Source: Euglena gracilis (taxonomy: Eukaryota). From it: 64,000 nt of DNA. The position numbers and the translations under genes were made by a program. Positions 46,292 to 61,200 of this stretch are shown here, in pieces. The stretch lies in assembly GCA_039621445.1 (NCBI GenBank), contig CP154954.1:37123703-37187702 (forward strand), read 5' to 3'. The notes below the pieces were generated by a model. The model ran no database searches and had not been told where the DNA came from. It was given only the letters and a program-made list of their open reading frames with translations. The first letter of the stretch is position 1; every line of letters starts with the position of its first letter.

Positions 46292-49200
46292 TGTGCCGGC
46301 CGGATTAGTGCCTACGGGTGTGAAAAACATGCGGATATCAAAAAGCTAGCCAGATATCGACAGTTTTGGAGGGGTGGAAGACGGCCCCAAATGTCAGTAC
46401 AGCCTGGTCCCCATATCCGGGCCTATGGGAAACCGTGATTTGGCCCTAAAACTGGAAACCGATTGGTGGTTCCCATTGAGATCCCCGGTATAGCTATTCC
46501 GATGTGCCGGCGGGATTAGTGCCTACGGGTGTGAAAAACATGCGGATATCAAAAAGCTAGCCAGATATCGACAGTTTTGGAGGGGTGGAAGACGGCCCCA
46601 AATGTCAGTACAGCCTGGTCCCCATACCTGGGCCGATGGGAAACCGTCATTTGGCCCTAAAACTGGAAACCGATTGGTGGTTCCCATTGAGATCCCCGGT
46701 ATAGCTATTCCGATGTGCCGGCGGGATTAGTGCCTACGGGTGTGAAAAACATGCGGATATCCAAAAACTAGCCAGATATCGACAGTTTTGGAGGGGTGGA
46801 AGACGGCCCCAAATGTCAGTACAGCCTGGTCCCCATACCTGGGCCTATGGGAAACCGTCATTTGGCCCTAAAACTGGAAACCGATTGGTGGTTCCCATTG
46901 AGATCCCCGGTATTGCTATTCCGATGTGCCGGCCGGATTAGTGCCTACGGGTGTGAAAAACATGCGGATATCAAAAACTAGCCAGATATCGACAGTTTTG
47001 GAGGGGTGGAAGACGGCCCCAAATGTCAGTGCAGCCTGGTCCCCATACCTGGGCCTATGGGAAACCGTGATTTGGCCCTAAAACTGGAAACCGATTGGTG
47101 GTTCCCATTGAGATCCCCGGTATAGCTATTCCGATGTGCCGGCCAGATTAGTGCCTACGGGTGTGAAAAACATGCGGATATCAAAAAACTAGCCAGATAT
47201 CGACAGTTTTGGAGGGGTGGAAGACGGCCCCAAATGTCAGTACAGCCTGGTCCCCATACCTGGGCCGATGGGAAACCGTCATTTGGCCCTAAAACTGGAA
47301 ACGATTGGTGGTTCCCATTGAGATCCCCGGTATAGCTATTCCGATGTGCCGGCCGGATTAGTGCCTACGGGTGTGAAAAAAATGCGGATATCAAAAAACT
47401 AGCCAGATATCGACAGTTTTGGAGGGGTGGAAGACGGCCCAAAATGTCAGTGCAGCCTGGTCCCCCTACCTGGTCCTATGGGAAACCATGATTTGGCCCT
47501 AAAACTGGAAACCGATTGGTGTTTCCCATTGAGATCCCCGGTATAGCTATTCCGATGTGCCGGCCGGATTAGTGCCTACGGGTGTGAAAAACATGCGGAT
47601 ATCAAGAAACTAGCCAGATATCGACAGCTTTGGAGGGGTGGAAGACGGCCCCAAATGTCAGTACAGCCTGGTCCCCATACCTGGGCCGATGGGAAACCGT
47701 CATTTGGCCCTAAAACTGGAAACCGATTGGTGGTTCCCATTGAGATCCCCGGTATAGCTATTCCGATGTGCCGGCGGGATTAGTGCCTACGGGTGTGAAA
47801 AACATGCGGATATCAAAAAACTAGCCAGATATCGACAGTTTTGGAGGGGTGGAAGACGGCCCCAAATGTCAGTGCAGCCTGGTCCCCATACCTGGGCCTA
47901 TGGGAAACCGTGATTTGGCCCTAAAACTGGAAACCGATTGGTGGTTCCCATTGAGATCCCCGGTATAGCTATTCCGATGTGCCGGCCGGATTAGTGCCTA
48001 CGGGTGTGAAAAACATGCGGATATCAGAAAACTAGCCAGATATCGACAGTTTTGGAGGGGTGGAAGACGGCCCCAAATGTCAGTACAGCCTGGTCCCCAT
48101 ACCTGGGCCTATGGGAAACCGTCATTTGGCCCTAAAACTGGAAACCGATTGGTGGTTCCCATTGAGATCCCCGGTATAGCTATTCCGATGTGCCGGCCAG
48201 ACTAGTGCCTACGGGTGTGAAAAACATGCGGATATCAAAAAACTAGCCAGATATCGACAGTTTTGGAGGGGTGGAAGACGGCCCCAAATGTCAGTACAGC
48301 CTGGTCCCCATACCTGGGCCGATGGGAAACCGTCATTTGGCCCTAAAACTGGAAACGATTGGTGGTTCCCATTGAGATCCCCGGTATAGCTATTCCGATG
48401 TGCCGGCCGGATTAGTGCCTACGGGTGTGAAAAAAATGCGGATATCAAAAAACTAGCCAGATATCGACAGTTTTGGAGGGGTGGAAGACGGCCCCAAATG
48501 TCAGTACAGCCTGGTCCCCATACCTGGGCCTATGGGAAACCGTCATTTGGCCCTAAAACTGGAAACCGATTGGTGGTTCCCATTGAGATCCCCGGTACAG
48601 CTATTCCGATGTGCCGGCCGGATTAGTGCCTACGGGTGTGAAAAACATGCGTATATCAAAAAACTAGCCAGATATCGACAGTTTTGGAGGGGTGGAAGAC
48701 GGCCCCAAATGTCAGTACAGCCTGGTCCCCATACCTGGGCCTATGGGAAACCGTCATTTGGCCCTAAAACTGGAAACCGATTGGTGGTTCCCATTGAGAT
48801 CCCCGGTATAGCTATTCCGATGTGCCGGCCGGATTAGTGCCTACGGGTGTGAAAAACATGCGGATATCAAAAAACTAGCCAGATATCGACAGTTTTGGAG
48901 GTGTGGAAGACGGCCCCAAATGTCAGTACAGCCTGGTCCCCATACCTGGGCCGATGGGAAACCGTCATTTGGCCCTAAAACTGGAAACCGATTGGTGGTT
49001 CCCATTGAGATCCCCGGTATAGCTATTCCGATGTGCCGGCCGGATTAGTGCCTACGGGTGTGAAAAACATGCGGATATCAAAAAACTAGCCAGATATCGA
49101 CAGTTTTGGAGGGGTGGAAGACGGCCCCAACTGTCAGTACAGCCTGGTCCCCATACCTGGGCCTATGGGAAACCGTCATTTGGCCCTAAAACTGGAAACC

Positions 49201-52200
49201 GATTGGTGGTTCCCATTGAGATCCCCGGTATTGCTATTCCGATGTGCCGGCCGGATTAGTGCCTACGGGTGTGAAAAACATGCGGATATCAAAAAACTAG
49301 CCAGATATCGACAGTTTTGGAGGGGTGGAAGACGGCCCCAAATGTCAGTACAGCCTGGTCCCCATACCTGGGCCGATGGGAAACCGTCATTTGGCCCTAA
49401 AACTGGAAACCGATTGGTGGTTCCCATTGAGATCCCCGGTATAGCTATTCCGATGTGCCGGCCAGATTAGTGCCTACGGGTGTGAAAAACATGCGGATAT
49501 CAAAAAACTAGCCAGATGTCGACATTTTTGGAGGGGTGGAAGACGGCCCCAAATGTCAGTACAGCCTGGTCCCCATACCTGGGCCTATGGGAAACCGTCA
49601 TTTGGCCCTAAAACTGGAAACCGATTGGTGGTTCCCATTGAGATCCCCGGTATAGCTATTCCGATGTGCCGGCGGGATTAGTGCCTACGGGTGTGAAAAA
49701 CATGCGGATATCAAAAAGCTAGCCAGATATCGACAGTTTTGGAGGGGTGGAAGACGGCCCCAAATGTCAGTACAGCCTGGTCCCCATACCTGGGCCGATG
49801 GGAAACCGTCATTTGGCCCTAAAACTGGAAACCGATTGGTGGTTCCCATTGAGATCCCCGGTATAGCTATTCCGATGTGCCGGCGGGATTAGTGCCTACG
49901 GGTGTGAAAAACATGCGGATATCCAAAAACTAGCCAGATATCGACAGTTTTGGAGGGGTGGAAGACGGCCCCAAATGTCAGTACAGCCTGGTCCCCATAC
50001 CTGGGCCTATGGGAAACCGTCATTTGGCCCTAAAACTGGAAACCGATTGGTGGTTCCCATTGAGATCCCCGGTATTGCTATTCCGATGTGCCGGCCGGAT
50101 TAGTGCCTACGGGTGTGAAAAACATGCGGATATCAAAAACTAGCCAGATATCGACAGTTTTGGAGGGGTGGAAGACGGCCCCAAATGTCAGTACAGCCTG
50201 GTCCCCATACCTGGGCCTATGGGAAACCGTCATTTGGCCCTAAAACTGGAAACCGATTGGTGGTTCCCATTGAGATCCCCGGTATAGCTATTCCGATGTG
50301 CCGGCCGGATTAGTGCCTACGGGTGTGAAAAAAATGCGGATATCAAAAAACTAGCCAGATATCGACAGTTTTGGAGGGGTGGAAGACGGCCCCAAATGTC
50401 AGTACAGCCTGGTCCCCATACCTGGGCCGATGGGAAACCGTCATTTGGCCCTAAAACTGGAAACGATTGGTGGTTCCCATTGAGATCCCCGGTATAGCTA
50501 TTCCGATGTGCCGGCCGGATTAGTGCCTACGGGTGTAAAAAAAAATGCGGATATCAAAAAACTAGCCAGATATCGACAGTTTTGGAGGGGTGGAAGACGG
50601 CCCCAAATGTCAGTACAGCCTGGTCCCCATACCTGGGCCTATGGGAAACCGTTATTTCGCCCTAAAAATGGACACCTATTGGTGGTTCCCATTGCGATCC
50701 CCGGTACAGCTATTCCGATGTACCGGCCGCATTAGTGCCTACTGGTGTGAAAAACATGCGGATATCAAACAAAACTATCCAGATATCGACAGTTTTGGAG
50801 TGGTGGAAGACGGCCCCAAATGTCAGTACATCCTGGTCCCCATATCTGGGCCTATAGGAGACCGTGATTTGGCCCGAAAAATGGAAAACGATTGGTGGTT
50901 CCCATTGAGATCCCCGGTATAGCTATTCCGATGTGCCGGCCGGATTAGTGCCTACGGGTGTGAAAAACATGCGGATATCAAAAAACTAGCCAGATATCGA
51001 CAGTTTTGGAGGGGTGGAAGACGGCCCCAAATGTCAGTACAGCCTGGTCCCCATACCTGGGCCGATGGGAAACCGTCATTTGGCCCTAAAACTGGAAACC
51101 GATTGGTGGTTCCCATTGAGATCCCCGGTATAGCTATTCCGATGTGCCGGCCGGATTAGTGCCTACGGGTGTGAAAAACATGCGGATATCAAAAAACTAG
51201 CCAGATATCGACAGTTTTGGAGGGGTGGAAGACGGCCCCAACTGTCAGTACAGCCTGGTCCCCATACCTGGGCCTATGGGAAACCGTCATTTGGCCCTAA
51301 AACTGGAAACCGATTGGTGGTTCCCATTGAGATCCCCGGTATTGCTATTCCGATGTGCCGGCCGGATTAGTGCCTACGGGTGTGAAAAACATGCGGATAT
51401 CAAAAACTAGCCAGATATCGACAGTTTTGGAGGGGTGGAAGACGGCCCCAAATGTCAGTACAGCCTGGTCCCCATACCTGGGCCGATGGGAAACCGTCAT
51501 TTGGCCCTAAAACTGGAAACCGATTGGTGGTTCCCATTGAGATCCCCGGTATAGCTATTCCGATGTGCCGGCCAGATTAGTGCCTACGGGTGTGAAAAAC
51601 ATGCGGATATCAAAAAACTAGCCAGATGTCGACAGTTTTGGAGGGGTGGAAGACGGCCCCAAATGTCAGTACAGCCTGGTCCCCATACCTGGGCCCATGG
51701 GAAACCGTGATTTGGCCCTAAAACTGGAAACCGATTGGTGGTTCCCATTGAGATCCACGGTATAGCTATTCCGATGTGCCGGCCGGATTAGTGCCTACGG
51801 GTGTGAAAAACATGCGGATATCAAAAAACTAGCCAGATATCGACAGTTTTGGAGGGGTGGAAGACGGCCCCAAATGTCAGTACAGCCTGGTCCCCATACC
51901 TGGGCCGATGGGAAACCGTGATTTGGCCCTAAAACTGGAAACCGATTGGTGGTTCCCATTGAGATCCCCGGTATAGCTATTCCGATGTGCCGGCCGGATT
52001 AGTGCCTACGGGTGTGAAAAACATGCGGATATCAAAAAACTAGCCAGATATCGACAGTTTTGGAGGGGTGGAAGACGGCCCCAAATGTCAGTACAGCCTG
52101 GTCCCCATACCTGGGCCGATGGGAAACCGTCATTTGGCCCTAAAACTGGAAACCGATTGGTGGTTCCCATTGAGATCCCCGGTATAGCTATTCCGATGTG

Positions 52201-55200
52201 CCGGCCGGATTAGTGCCTACGGTTGTGAAAAACATGCGGATATCAAAAAACTAGCCAGATATCGACAGTTTTGGAGGGGTGGAAGACGGCCCCAAATGTC
52301 AGTACAGCCTGGTCCCCATACCTGGGCCGATGGGAAACCGTCATTTGGCCCTAAAACTGGAAACCGATTGGTGGTTCCCATTGAGATCCCCGGTATAGGT
52401 ATTCCGATGTGCCGGCCGGATTAGTGCCTACGGGTGTGAAAAACATGCGGATATCAAAAAACTAGCCAGATATCGACAGTTTTGGAGGGGTGGAAGACGG
52501 CCCCAAATGTCAGTACAGCCTGGTCCCCATACCTGGGCCGATGGGAAACCGTCATTTGGCCCTAAAACTGGAAACCGATTGGTGGTTCCCATTGAGATCC
52601 CCGGTATAGCTATTCCGATGTGCCGGCCGGATTAGTGCCTACGGGTGTGAAAAACATGCGGATATCAAAAAACTAGCCAGATATCGACAGTTTTGGAGGG
52701 GTGGAAGACGGTCCCAAATGTCAGTACAGCCTGGTCCCCATACCTGGGCCTATAGGAAACCGTCATTTGGCCCTAAAACTGGAAACCGATTGGTGGTTCC
52801 CATTGAGATCCCCGGTATAGCTATTCCTATGTGCCGGCCGGATTAGTGCCTACGGGTGTGAAAAAACGTGCGGATATCAGAAAACTAGCCAGATATCGAC
52901 AGTTTTGGAGGGGTGGAAGACGGCCCCAAATGTCAGTACAGCCTGGTCCCCATACCTGGGCCTATGGGAAACCGTCATTTGGCCCTAAAACTGGAAACCG
53001 ATTGGTGGTTCCCATTGAGATCCCCGGTATAGCTATTCCGATGTGCCGGCCGGATTAGTGCCTACGGGTGTTGAGCACATGCGGATATCAAAAAACTAGC
53101 CAGATATCGACAGTTTTGGAGGGGTGGAAGACGGCCCCAAATGTCAGTACAGCCTGGTCCCCATACCTGGGCCGATGGGAAACCGTCATTTGGCCCTAAA
53201 ACTGGAAACCGATTGGTGGTTCCCATTGAGATCCCCGGTATAGCTATTCCGATGTGCCGGCCGGATTAGTGCCTACGGGTGTGAAAAACATGCGGATATC
53301 AAAAAATAGCCAGATATCGACAGTTTTGGAGGGGTGGAAGACGGCCCCAAATGTCAGTACAGCCTGGTCCCCATACCTGGGCCGATGGGAAACCGTGATT
53401 TGGCCCTAAAACTGGAAACCGATTGGTGGTTCCCATTGAGATCCCCGGTATAGCTCTTCCGATGTGCCGGCCGGATTAGTGCCTACGGGTGTGAAAAACA
53501 TGCGGATATCAAAAAACTAGCCAGATATCGACAGTTTTGGAGGAGTGGAAGACGGTCCCAAATGTCAGTACAGCCTGGTCCCCATACCTGGGCCGATGGG
53601 AAACCGTCATTTGGCCCTAAAACTGGAAACCGATTGGTGGTTCCCATTGAGATCCCCGGTATAGCTATTCCGACGTGCCGGCCGGATTAGTGCCTACGGG
53701 TGTGAAAAACATGCGGATATCAAAAAACTAGCCAGATATCGACAGTTTTGGAGGGGTGGAAGACGGCCCCAAATGTCAGTACAGCCTGGTCCCCATACCT
53801 GGGCCTATGGGAAACCGTGATTTGGCCCTAAAACTGGAAACCGATTGGTGGTTCCCATTGAGATCCCCGGTATAGCTATTCCGATGTGCCGGTCGGATTA
53901 GTGCCTACGGGTGTGAAAAACATGCGGATATCAAAAAACTAGCCAGATATCGACAGCTTTGGAGGGGTGGAAGACGGCCCCAAATGTCAGTACAGCCTGG
54001 TCCCCATACCTGGGCCTATGGGAAACCGTCATTTGGCCCTAAAACTGGAAACCGATTGGTGGTTCCCATTGAGATCCCCGGCATAGCTATTCCGATGTGC
54101 CGGCCGGATTAGTGCCTACGGGTGTGAAAAACATGCGGATATCAAAAAACTAGCCAGATATCGACGGTTTTGGAGGGGTGGAAGACGGCCCCAAATGTCA
54201 GTACAGCCTGGTCCCCATACCTGGGCCTATGGGAAACCGTCATTTGGCCCTAAAACTGGAAACCGATTGGTGGTTCCCATTGAGATCCCCGGTATAGCTA
54301 TTCCGATGTGCCGGCCGGATTAGTGCCTACGGGTGTGAAAAACATGCGGATATCAAAAACTAGCCAGATATCGACAGTTTTGGAGGGGTGGAAGACGGCC
54401 CCAAATGTCAGTACAGCCTGGTCCCCATACCTGGGCCTATGGGAAACCGTGATTTGGCCCTGAAACTGGAAACCGATTGGTGGTTCCCATTGAGATCCCC
54501 GGTATAGCTATTCCGATGTGCCGGCCGGATTAGTGCCTACGGGTGTGAAAAACATGCGGATATCAAAAACTAGCCAGATATCGACAGTTTTGGAGGGGTG
54601 GAAGACGGCCCCAAATGTCAGTACAGCCTGGTCCCCATACCTGGGCCTATGGGAAACCGTCATTTGGCCCTAAAACTGGAAACCGATTGGTGGTTCCCAT
54701 TGAGATCCCCGGTATAGCTATTCCGATGTGCCGGCCGGATTAGTGCCTACGGGTGTGAAAAACATGCGGATATCCAAAAAATAGCCAGATATCGACAGCT
54801 TTGGAGGGGTGGAAGACGGCCCCAAATGTCAGTACAGCCTGGTCCCCATACCTGGGCCTATGGGAAACCGTCATTTGGCCCTAAAACTGGAAACCGATTG
54901 GTGGTTCCCATTGAGATCCCCGGTATAGCTATTCCGATGTGCCGGCCGGATTAGTGCCTACGGGTGTGAAAAAAATGCGGATATCAAAAAACTAGCCAGA
55001 TATCGACAGTTTTGGAGGGGTGGAAGACGGCCCCAAATGTCAGTACAGCCTGGTCCCCATACCTGGGCCTATGGGAAACCGTCATTTGGCCCTAAAACTG
55101 GAAACCGATTGGTGGTTCCCATTGAGATCCCCGGTATAGCTATTCCGATGTGCCGGCCGGATTAGTGCCTACGGGTGTGAAAAACATGCGGATATCAAAA

Positions 55201-58200
55201 AACTAGCCAGATATCGACAGTTTTGGAGGGGTGGAAGACGGCCCCAAATGTCAGTACAGCCTGGTCCCCATACCTGGGCCTATGGGAAACCGTCATTTGG
55301 CCCTAAAACTGGAAACCGATTGGTGGTTCCCATTGAGATCCCCGGTATAGCTATTCCGATGTGCCGGCCGGATTAGTGCCTACGGGTGTGAAAAACATGC
55401 GGATATCAAAAAACTAGCCAGATATCGACAGTTTTGGAGGGGTGGAAGACGGCCCCAAATGTCAGTACAGCCTGGTCCCCATACCTGGGCCGATGGGAAA
55501 CCGTCATTTGGCCCTAAAACTGGAAACCGATTGGTGGTTCCCATTGAGATCCCCGGTATAGCTATTCCGATGTGCCGGCCGGATTAGTGCCTACGGGTGT
55601 GAAAAACATGCGGATATCAAAAAACTAGCCAGATATCGACAGTTTTGGAGGGGTGGAAGACGGCCCCAAATGTCAGTACAGCCTGGTCCCCATACCTGGG
55701 CCTATGGGAAACCGTCATTTGGCCCTAAAACTGGAAACCGATTGGTGGTTCCCATTGAGATCCCCGGTATAGCTATTCCGATGTGCCGGCCGGATTAGTG
55801 CCTACGGGTGTTAAAAAACATGCGGATATCAAAAAACTAGCCAGATATCGACAGTTTTGGAGGGGTGGAAGACGGCCCCAAATGTCAGTACAGCCTGGTC
55901 CCCATACCTGGGCCTATGGGAAACCGTCATTTGGCCCTAAAACTGGAAACCGATTGGTGGTTCCCATTGAGATCCCCGGTATAGCTATTCCGATGTGCCG
56001 GCCGGATTAGTGCCTACGGGTGTGAAAAACATGCGGATATCAAAAAACTAGCCAGATATCGACAGTTTTGGAGGGGTGGAAGACGGCCCCAAATGTCAGT
56101 ACAGCCTGGTCCCCATACCTGGGCCTATGGGAAACCGTCATTTGGCCCTAAAACTGGAAACCGATTGGTGGTTCCCATTGAGATCCCCGGTATAGCTATT
56201 CCGATGTGCCGGCCGGATTAGTGCCTACGGGTGTGAAAAACATGCGGATATCAAAAAACTAGCCAGATATCGACAGTTTTGGAGGGGTGGAAGACGGCCC
56301 CAAATGTCAGTACAGCCTGGTCCCCATACCTGGGCCTATGGGAAACCGTCATTTGGCCCTAAAACTGGAAACCGATTGGTGGTTCCCATTGAGATCCCCG
56401 GTATAGCTATTCCGATGTGCCGGCCGGATTAGTGCCTACGGGTGTGAAAAACATGCGGATATCAAAAAACTAGCCAGATATCGACAGTTTTGGAGGGGTG
56501 GAAGACGGCCCCAAATGTCAGTACAGCCTGGTCCCCATACCTGGGCCTATGGGAAACCGTCATTTGGCCCTAAAACTGGAAACCGATTGGTGGTTCCCAT
56601 TGAGATCCCCGGTATAGCTATTCCGATGTGCCGGCCGGATTAGTGCCTACGGGTGTGAAAAACATGCGGATATCAAAAAACTAGCCAGATATCGACAGTT
56701 TTGGAGGGGTGGAAGACGGCCCCAAATGTCAGTACAGCCTGGTCCCCATACCTGGGCCTATGGGAAACCGTCATTTGGCCCTAAAACTGGAAACCGATTG
56801 GTGGTTCCCATTGAGATCCCCGGTATAGCTATTCCGATGTGCCGGCCGGATTAGTGCCTACGGGTGTGAAAAACATGCGGATATCAAAAAACTAGCCAGA
56901 TATCGACAGTTTTGGAGGGGTGGAAGACGGCCCCAAATGTCAGTACAGCCTGGTCCCCATACCTGGGCCTATGGGAAACCGTCATTTGGCCCTAAAACTG
57001 GAAACCGATTGGTGGTTCCCATTGAGATCCCCGGTATAGCTATTCCGATGTGCCGGCCGGATTAGTGCCTACGGGTGTGAAAAAATGCGGATATCAAAAA
57101 ACTAGCCAGATATCGACAGTTTTGGAGGGGTGGAAGACGGCCCCAAATGTCAGTACAGCCTGGTCCCCATACCTGGGCCTATGGGAAACCGTCATTTGGC
57201 CCTAAAACTGGAAACCGATTGGTGGTTCCCATTGAGATCCCCGGTATAGCTATTCCGATGTGCCGGCCGGATTAGTGCCTACGGGTGTGAAAAACATGCG
57301 GATATCAAAAACTAGCCAGATATCGACAGTTTTGGAGGGGTGGAAGACGGCCCCAAATGTCAGTACAGCCTGGTCCCCATACCTGGGCCGATGGGAAACC
57401 GTCATTTGGCCCTAAAACTGGAAACCGATTGGTGGTTCCCATTGAGATCCCCGGTATAGCTATTCCGATGTGCCGGCCGGATTAGTGCCTACGGGTGTGA
57501 AAAACATGCGGATATCAAAAACTAGCCAGATATCGACAGTTTTGGAGGGGTGGAAGACGGCCCCAAATGTCAGTACAGCCTGGTCCCCATACCTGGGCCG
57601 ATGGGAAACCGTCATTTGGCCCTAAAACTGGAAACCGATTGGTGGTTCCCATTGAGATCCCCGGTATAGCTATTCCGATGTGCCGGCCGGATTAGTGCCT
57701 ACGGGTGTGAAAAACATGCGGATATCAAAAAACTAGCCAGATATCGACAGTTTTGGAGGGGTGGAAGACGGCCCCAAATGTCAGTACAGCCTGGTCCCCA
57801 TACCTGGGCCTATGGGAAACCGTCATTTGGCCCTAAAACTGGAAACCGATTGGTGGTTCCCATTGAGATCCCCGGTATAGCTATTCCGATGTGCCGGCCG
57901 GATTAGTGCCTACGGGTGTGAAAAACATGCGGATATCAAAAACTAGCCAGATATCGACAGTTTTGGAGGGGTGGAAGACGGCCCCAAATGTCAGTACAGC
58001 CTGGTCCCCATACCTGGGCCTATGGGAAACCGTCATTTGGCCCTAAAACTGGAAACCGATTGGTGGTTCCCATTGAGATCCCCGGTATAGCTATTCCGAT
58101 GTGCCGGCCGGATTAGTGCCTACGGGTGTGAAAACATGCGGATATCAAAAAACTAGCCAGATATCGACAGTTTTGGAGGGGTGGAAGACGGCCCCAAATG

Positions 58201-61200
58201 TCAGTACAGCCTGGTCCCCATACCTGGGCCTATGGGAAACCGTCATTTGGCCCTAAAACTGGAAACCGATTGGTGGTTCCCATTGAGATCCCCGGTATAG
58301 CTATTCCGATGTGCCGGCCGGATTAGTGCCTACGGGTGTGAAAAACATGCGGATATCAAAAAACTAGCCAGATATCGACAGTTTTGGAGGGTGGAAGACG
58401 GCCCCAAATGTCAGTACAGCCTGGTCCCCATACCTGGGCCTATGGGAAACCGTCATTTGGCCCTAAAACTGGAAACCGATTGGTGGTTCCCATTGAGATC
58501 CCCGGTATAGCTATTCCGATGTGCCGGCCGGATTAGTGCCTACGGGTGTGAAAAACATGCGGATATCAAAAACTAGCCAGATATCGACAGTTTTGGAGGG
58601 GTGGAAGACGGCCCCAAATGTCAGTACAGCCTGGTTCCAATACCTGGGCCTATGGGAAACCGTCATTTGGCCCTAAAACTGGAAACCGGTTGGTGGTTCC
58701 CATTGAGATCCCCGGTATAGCTATTCCGATGTGCCGGCCGGATTAGTGCCTACGGGTGTGAAAAACATGCGGATATCAAAAAACTAGCCAGATATCGACA
58801 GTTTTGGAGGGGTGGAAGACGGCCCCAAATGTCAGTACAGCCTGGTCCCCATACCTGGGCCTATGGGAAACCGTCATTTGGCCCTAAAACTGGAAACCGA
58901 TTGGTGGTTCCCATTGAGATCCCCGGTATAGCTATTCCGATGTGTCGGCCGGATTAGTGCCTACGGGTGTGAAAAACATGCGGATATCAAAAAACTAGCC
59001 AGATATCGACAGTTTTGGAGGGGTGGAAGACGGCCCCAAATGTCAGTACAGCCTGGTCCCCATACCTGGGCCTATGGGAAACCGTCATTTGGCCCTAAAA
59101 CTGGAAACCGATTGGTGGTTCCCATTGAGATCCCCGGTATAGCTATTCCGATGTGCCGGCCGGATTAGTGCCTACGGGTGTGAAAAACATGCGGATATCA
59201 AAAACTAGCCAGATATCGACAGTTTTGGAGGGGTGGAAGACGGCCCCAAATGTCAGTACAGCCTGGTCCCCATACCTGGGCCTATGGGAAACCGTCATTT
59301 GGCCCTAAAACTGGAAACCGATTGGTGGTTCCCATTGAGATCCCCGGTATAGCTATTCCGATGTGCCGGCCGGATTAGTGCCTACGGGTGTGAAAAACAT
59401 GCGGATATCAAAAAACTAGCCAGATATCGACAGTTTTGGAGGGGTGGAAGACGGCCCCAAATGTCAGTACAGCCTGGTCCCCATACCTGGGCCTATGGGA
59501 AACCGTCATTTGGCCCTAAAACTGGAAACCGATTGGTGGTTCCCATTGAGATCCCCGGTATAGCTATTCCGATGTGCCGGCCGGATTAGTGCCTACGGGT
59601 GTGAAAAACATGCGGATATCAAAAAACTAGCCAGATATCGACAGTTTTGGAGGGGTGGAAGACGGCCCCAAATGTCAGTACAGCCTGGTCCCCATACCTG
59701 GGCCTATGCGAAACCGTGATTTGGCCCTAAAACTGGAAACCGGATTGGTGGTTCCCATTGAGTTCCCCGGTATAGCTATTCCGATGTGCCGGCCGGATTA
59801 GTGCCTACGGGTGTGAAAAACATGCGGATATCAAAAAACTAGCCAGATATCGACAGTTTTGGAGGGGTGGAAGACGGCCCCAAATGTCAGTACAGCCTGG
59901 TCCCCATGGGAAACCGTGATTTGGCCCTAAAACTGGAAACCGATTGGTGGTTCCCATTGAGATCCCCGGTATAGCTATTCCGATGTGCCGGCCGGATTAG
60001 TGCCTACGGGTGTGAAAAACATGCGGATATCAAAAAACTAGCCAGATATCGACAGTTTTGGAGGGGTGGAAGACGGCCCCAAATGTCAGTACAGCCTGGT
60101 CCCCATACCTGGGCCTATGGGAAACCGTGATTTGGCCCTAAAACTGGAAACCGATTGGTGGTTCCCATTGAGATCCCCGGTATAGCTATTCCGATGTGCC
60201 GGCCGGATTAGTGCCTACGGGTGTGAAAAACATGCGGATATCAAAAAAACTAGCCAGATATCGACAGTTTTGGAGGGGTGGAAGACGGCCCCAAATGTCA
60301 GTACAGCCTGGTCCCCATACCTGGGCCTATGGGAAACCGTCATTTGGCCCTAAAACTGGAAACCGATTGGTGGTTCCCATTGAGATCCCCGGTATAGCTA
60401 TTCCGATGTGCCGGCCGGATTAGTGCCTACGGGTGTGAAAAACATGCGGATATCAAAAAACTAGCCAGATATCGACAGTTTTGGAGGGGTGGAAGACGGC
60501 CCCAAATGTCAGTACAGCCTGGTCCCCATACCTGGGCCTATGGGAAACCGTGATTTGGCCCTAAAACTGGAAACCGATTGGTGGTTCCCATTGAGATCCC
60601 CGGTATAGCTATTCCGATGTGCCGGCCGGATTAGTGCCTACGGGTGTGAAAAAACATGCGGATATCAAAAAACTAGCCAGATATCGACAGTTTTGGAGGG
60701 GTGGAAGACGGCCCCAAATGTCAGTACAGCCTGGTCCCCATACCTGGGCCTATGGGAAACCGTGATTTGGCCCTAAAACTGGAAACCGATTGGTGGTTCC
60801 CATTGAGATCCCCGGTATAGCTATTCCGATGTGCCGGCCGGATTAGTGCCTACGGGTGTGAAAAACATGCGGATATCAAAAAACTAGCCAGATATCGACA
60901 GTTTTGGAGGGGTGGAAGACGGCCCCAAATGTCAGTACAGCCTGGTCCCCATACCTGGGCCTATGGGAAACCGTCATTTGGCCCTAAAACTGGAAACCGA
61001 TTGGTGGTTCCCATTGAGATCCCCGGTATAGCTATTCCGATGTGCCGGCCGGATTAGTGCCTACGGGTGTGAAAAAAACATGCGGATATCAAAAAAACTA
61101 GCCAGATATCGACAGTTTTGGAGGGGTGGAAGACGGCCCCAAATGACAGTACAGCCTGGTCCCCATACCTGGGCCTATGGGAAACCGTGATTTGGCCCTA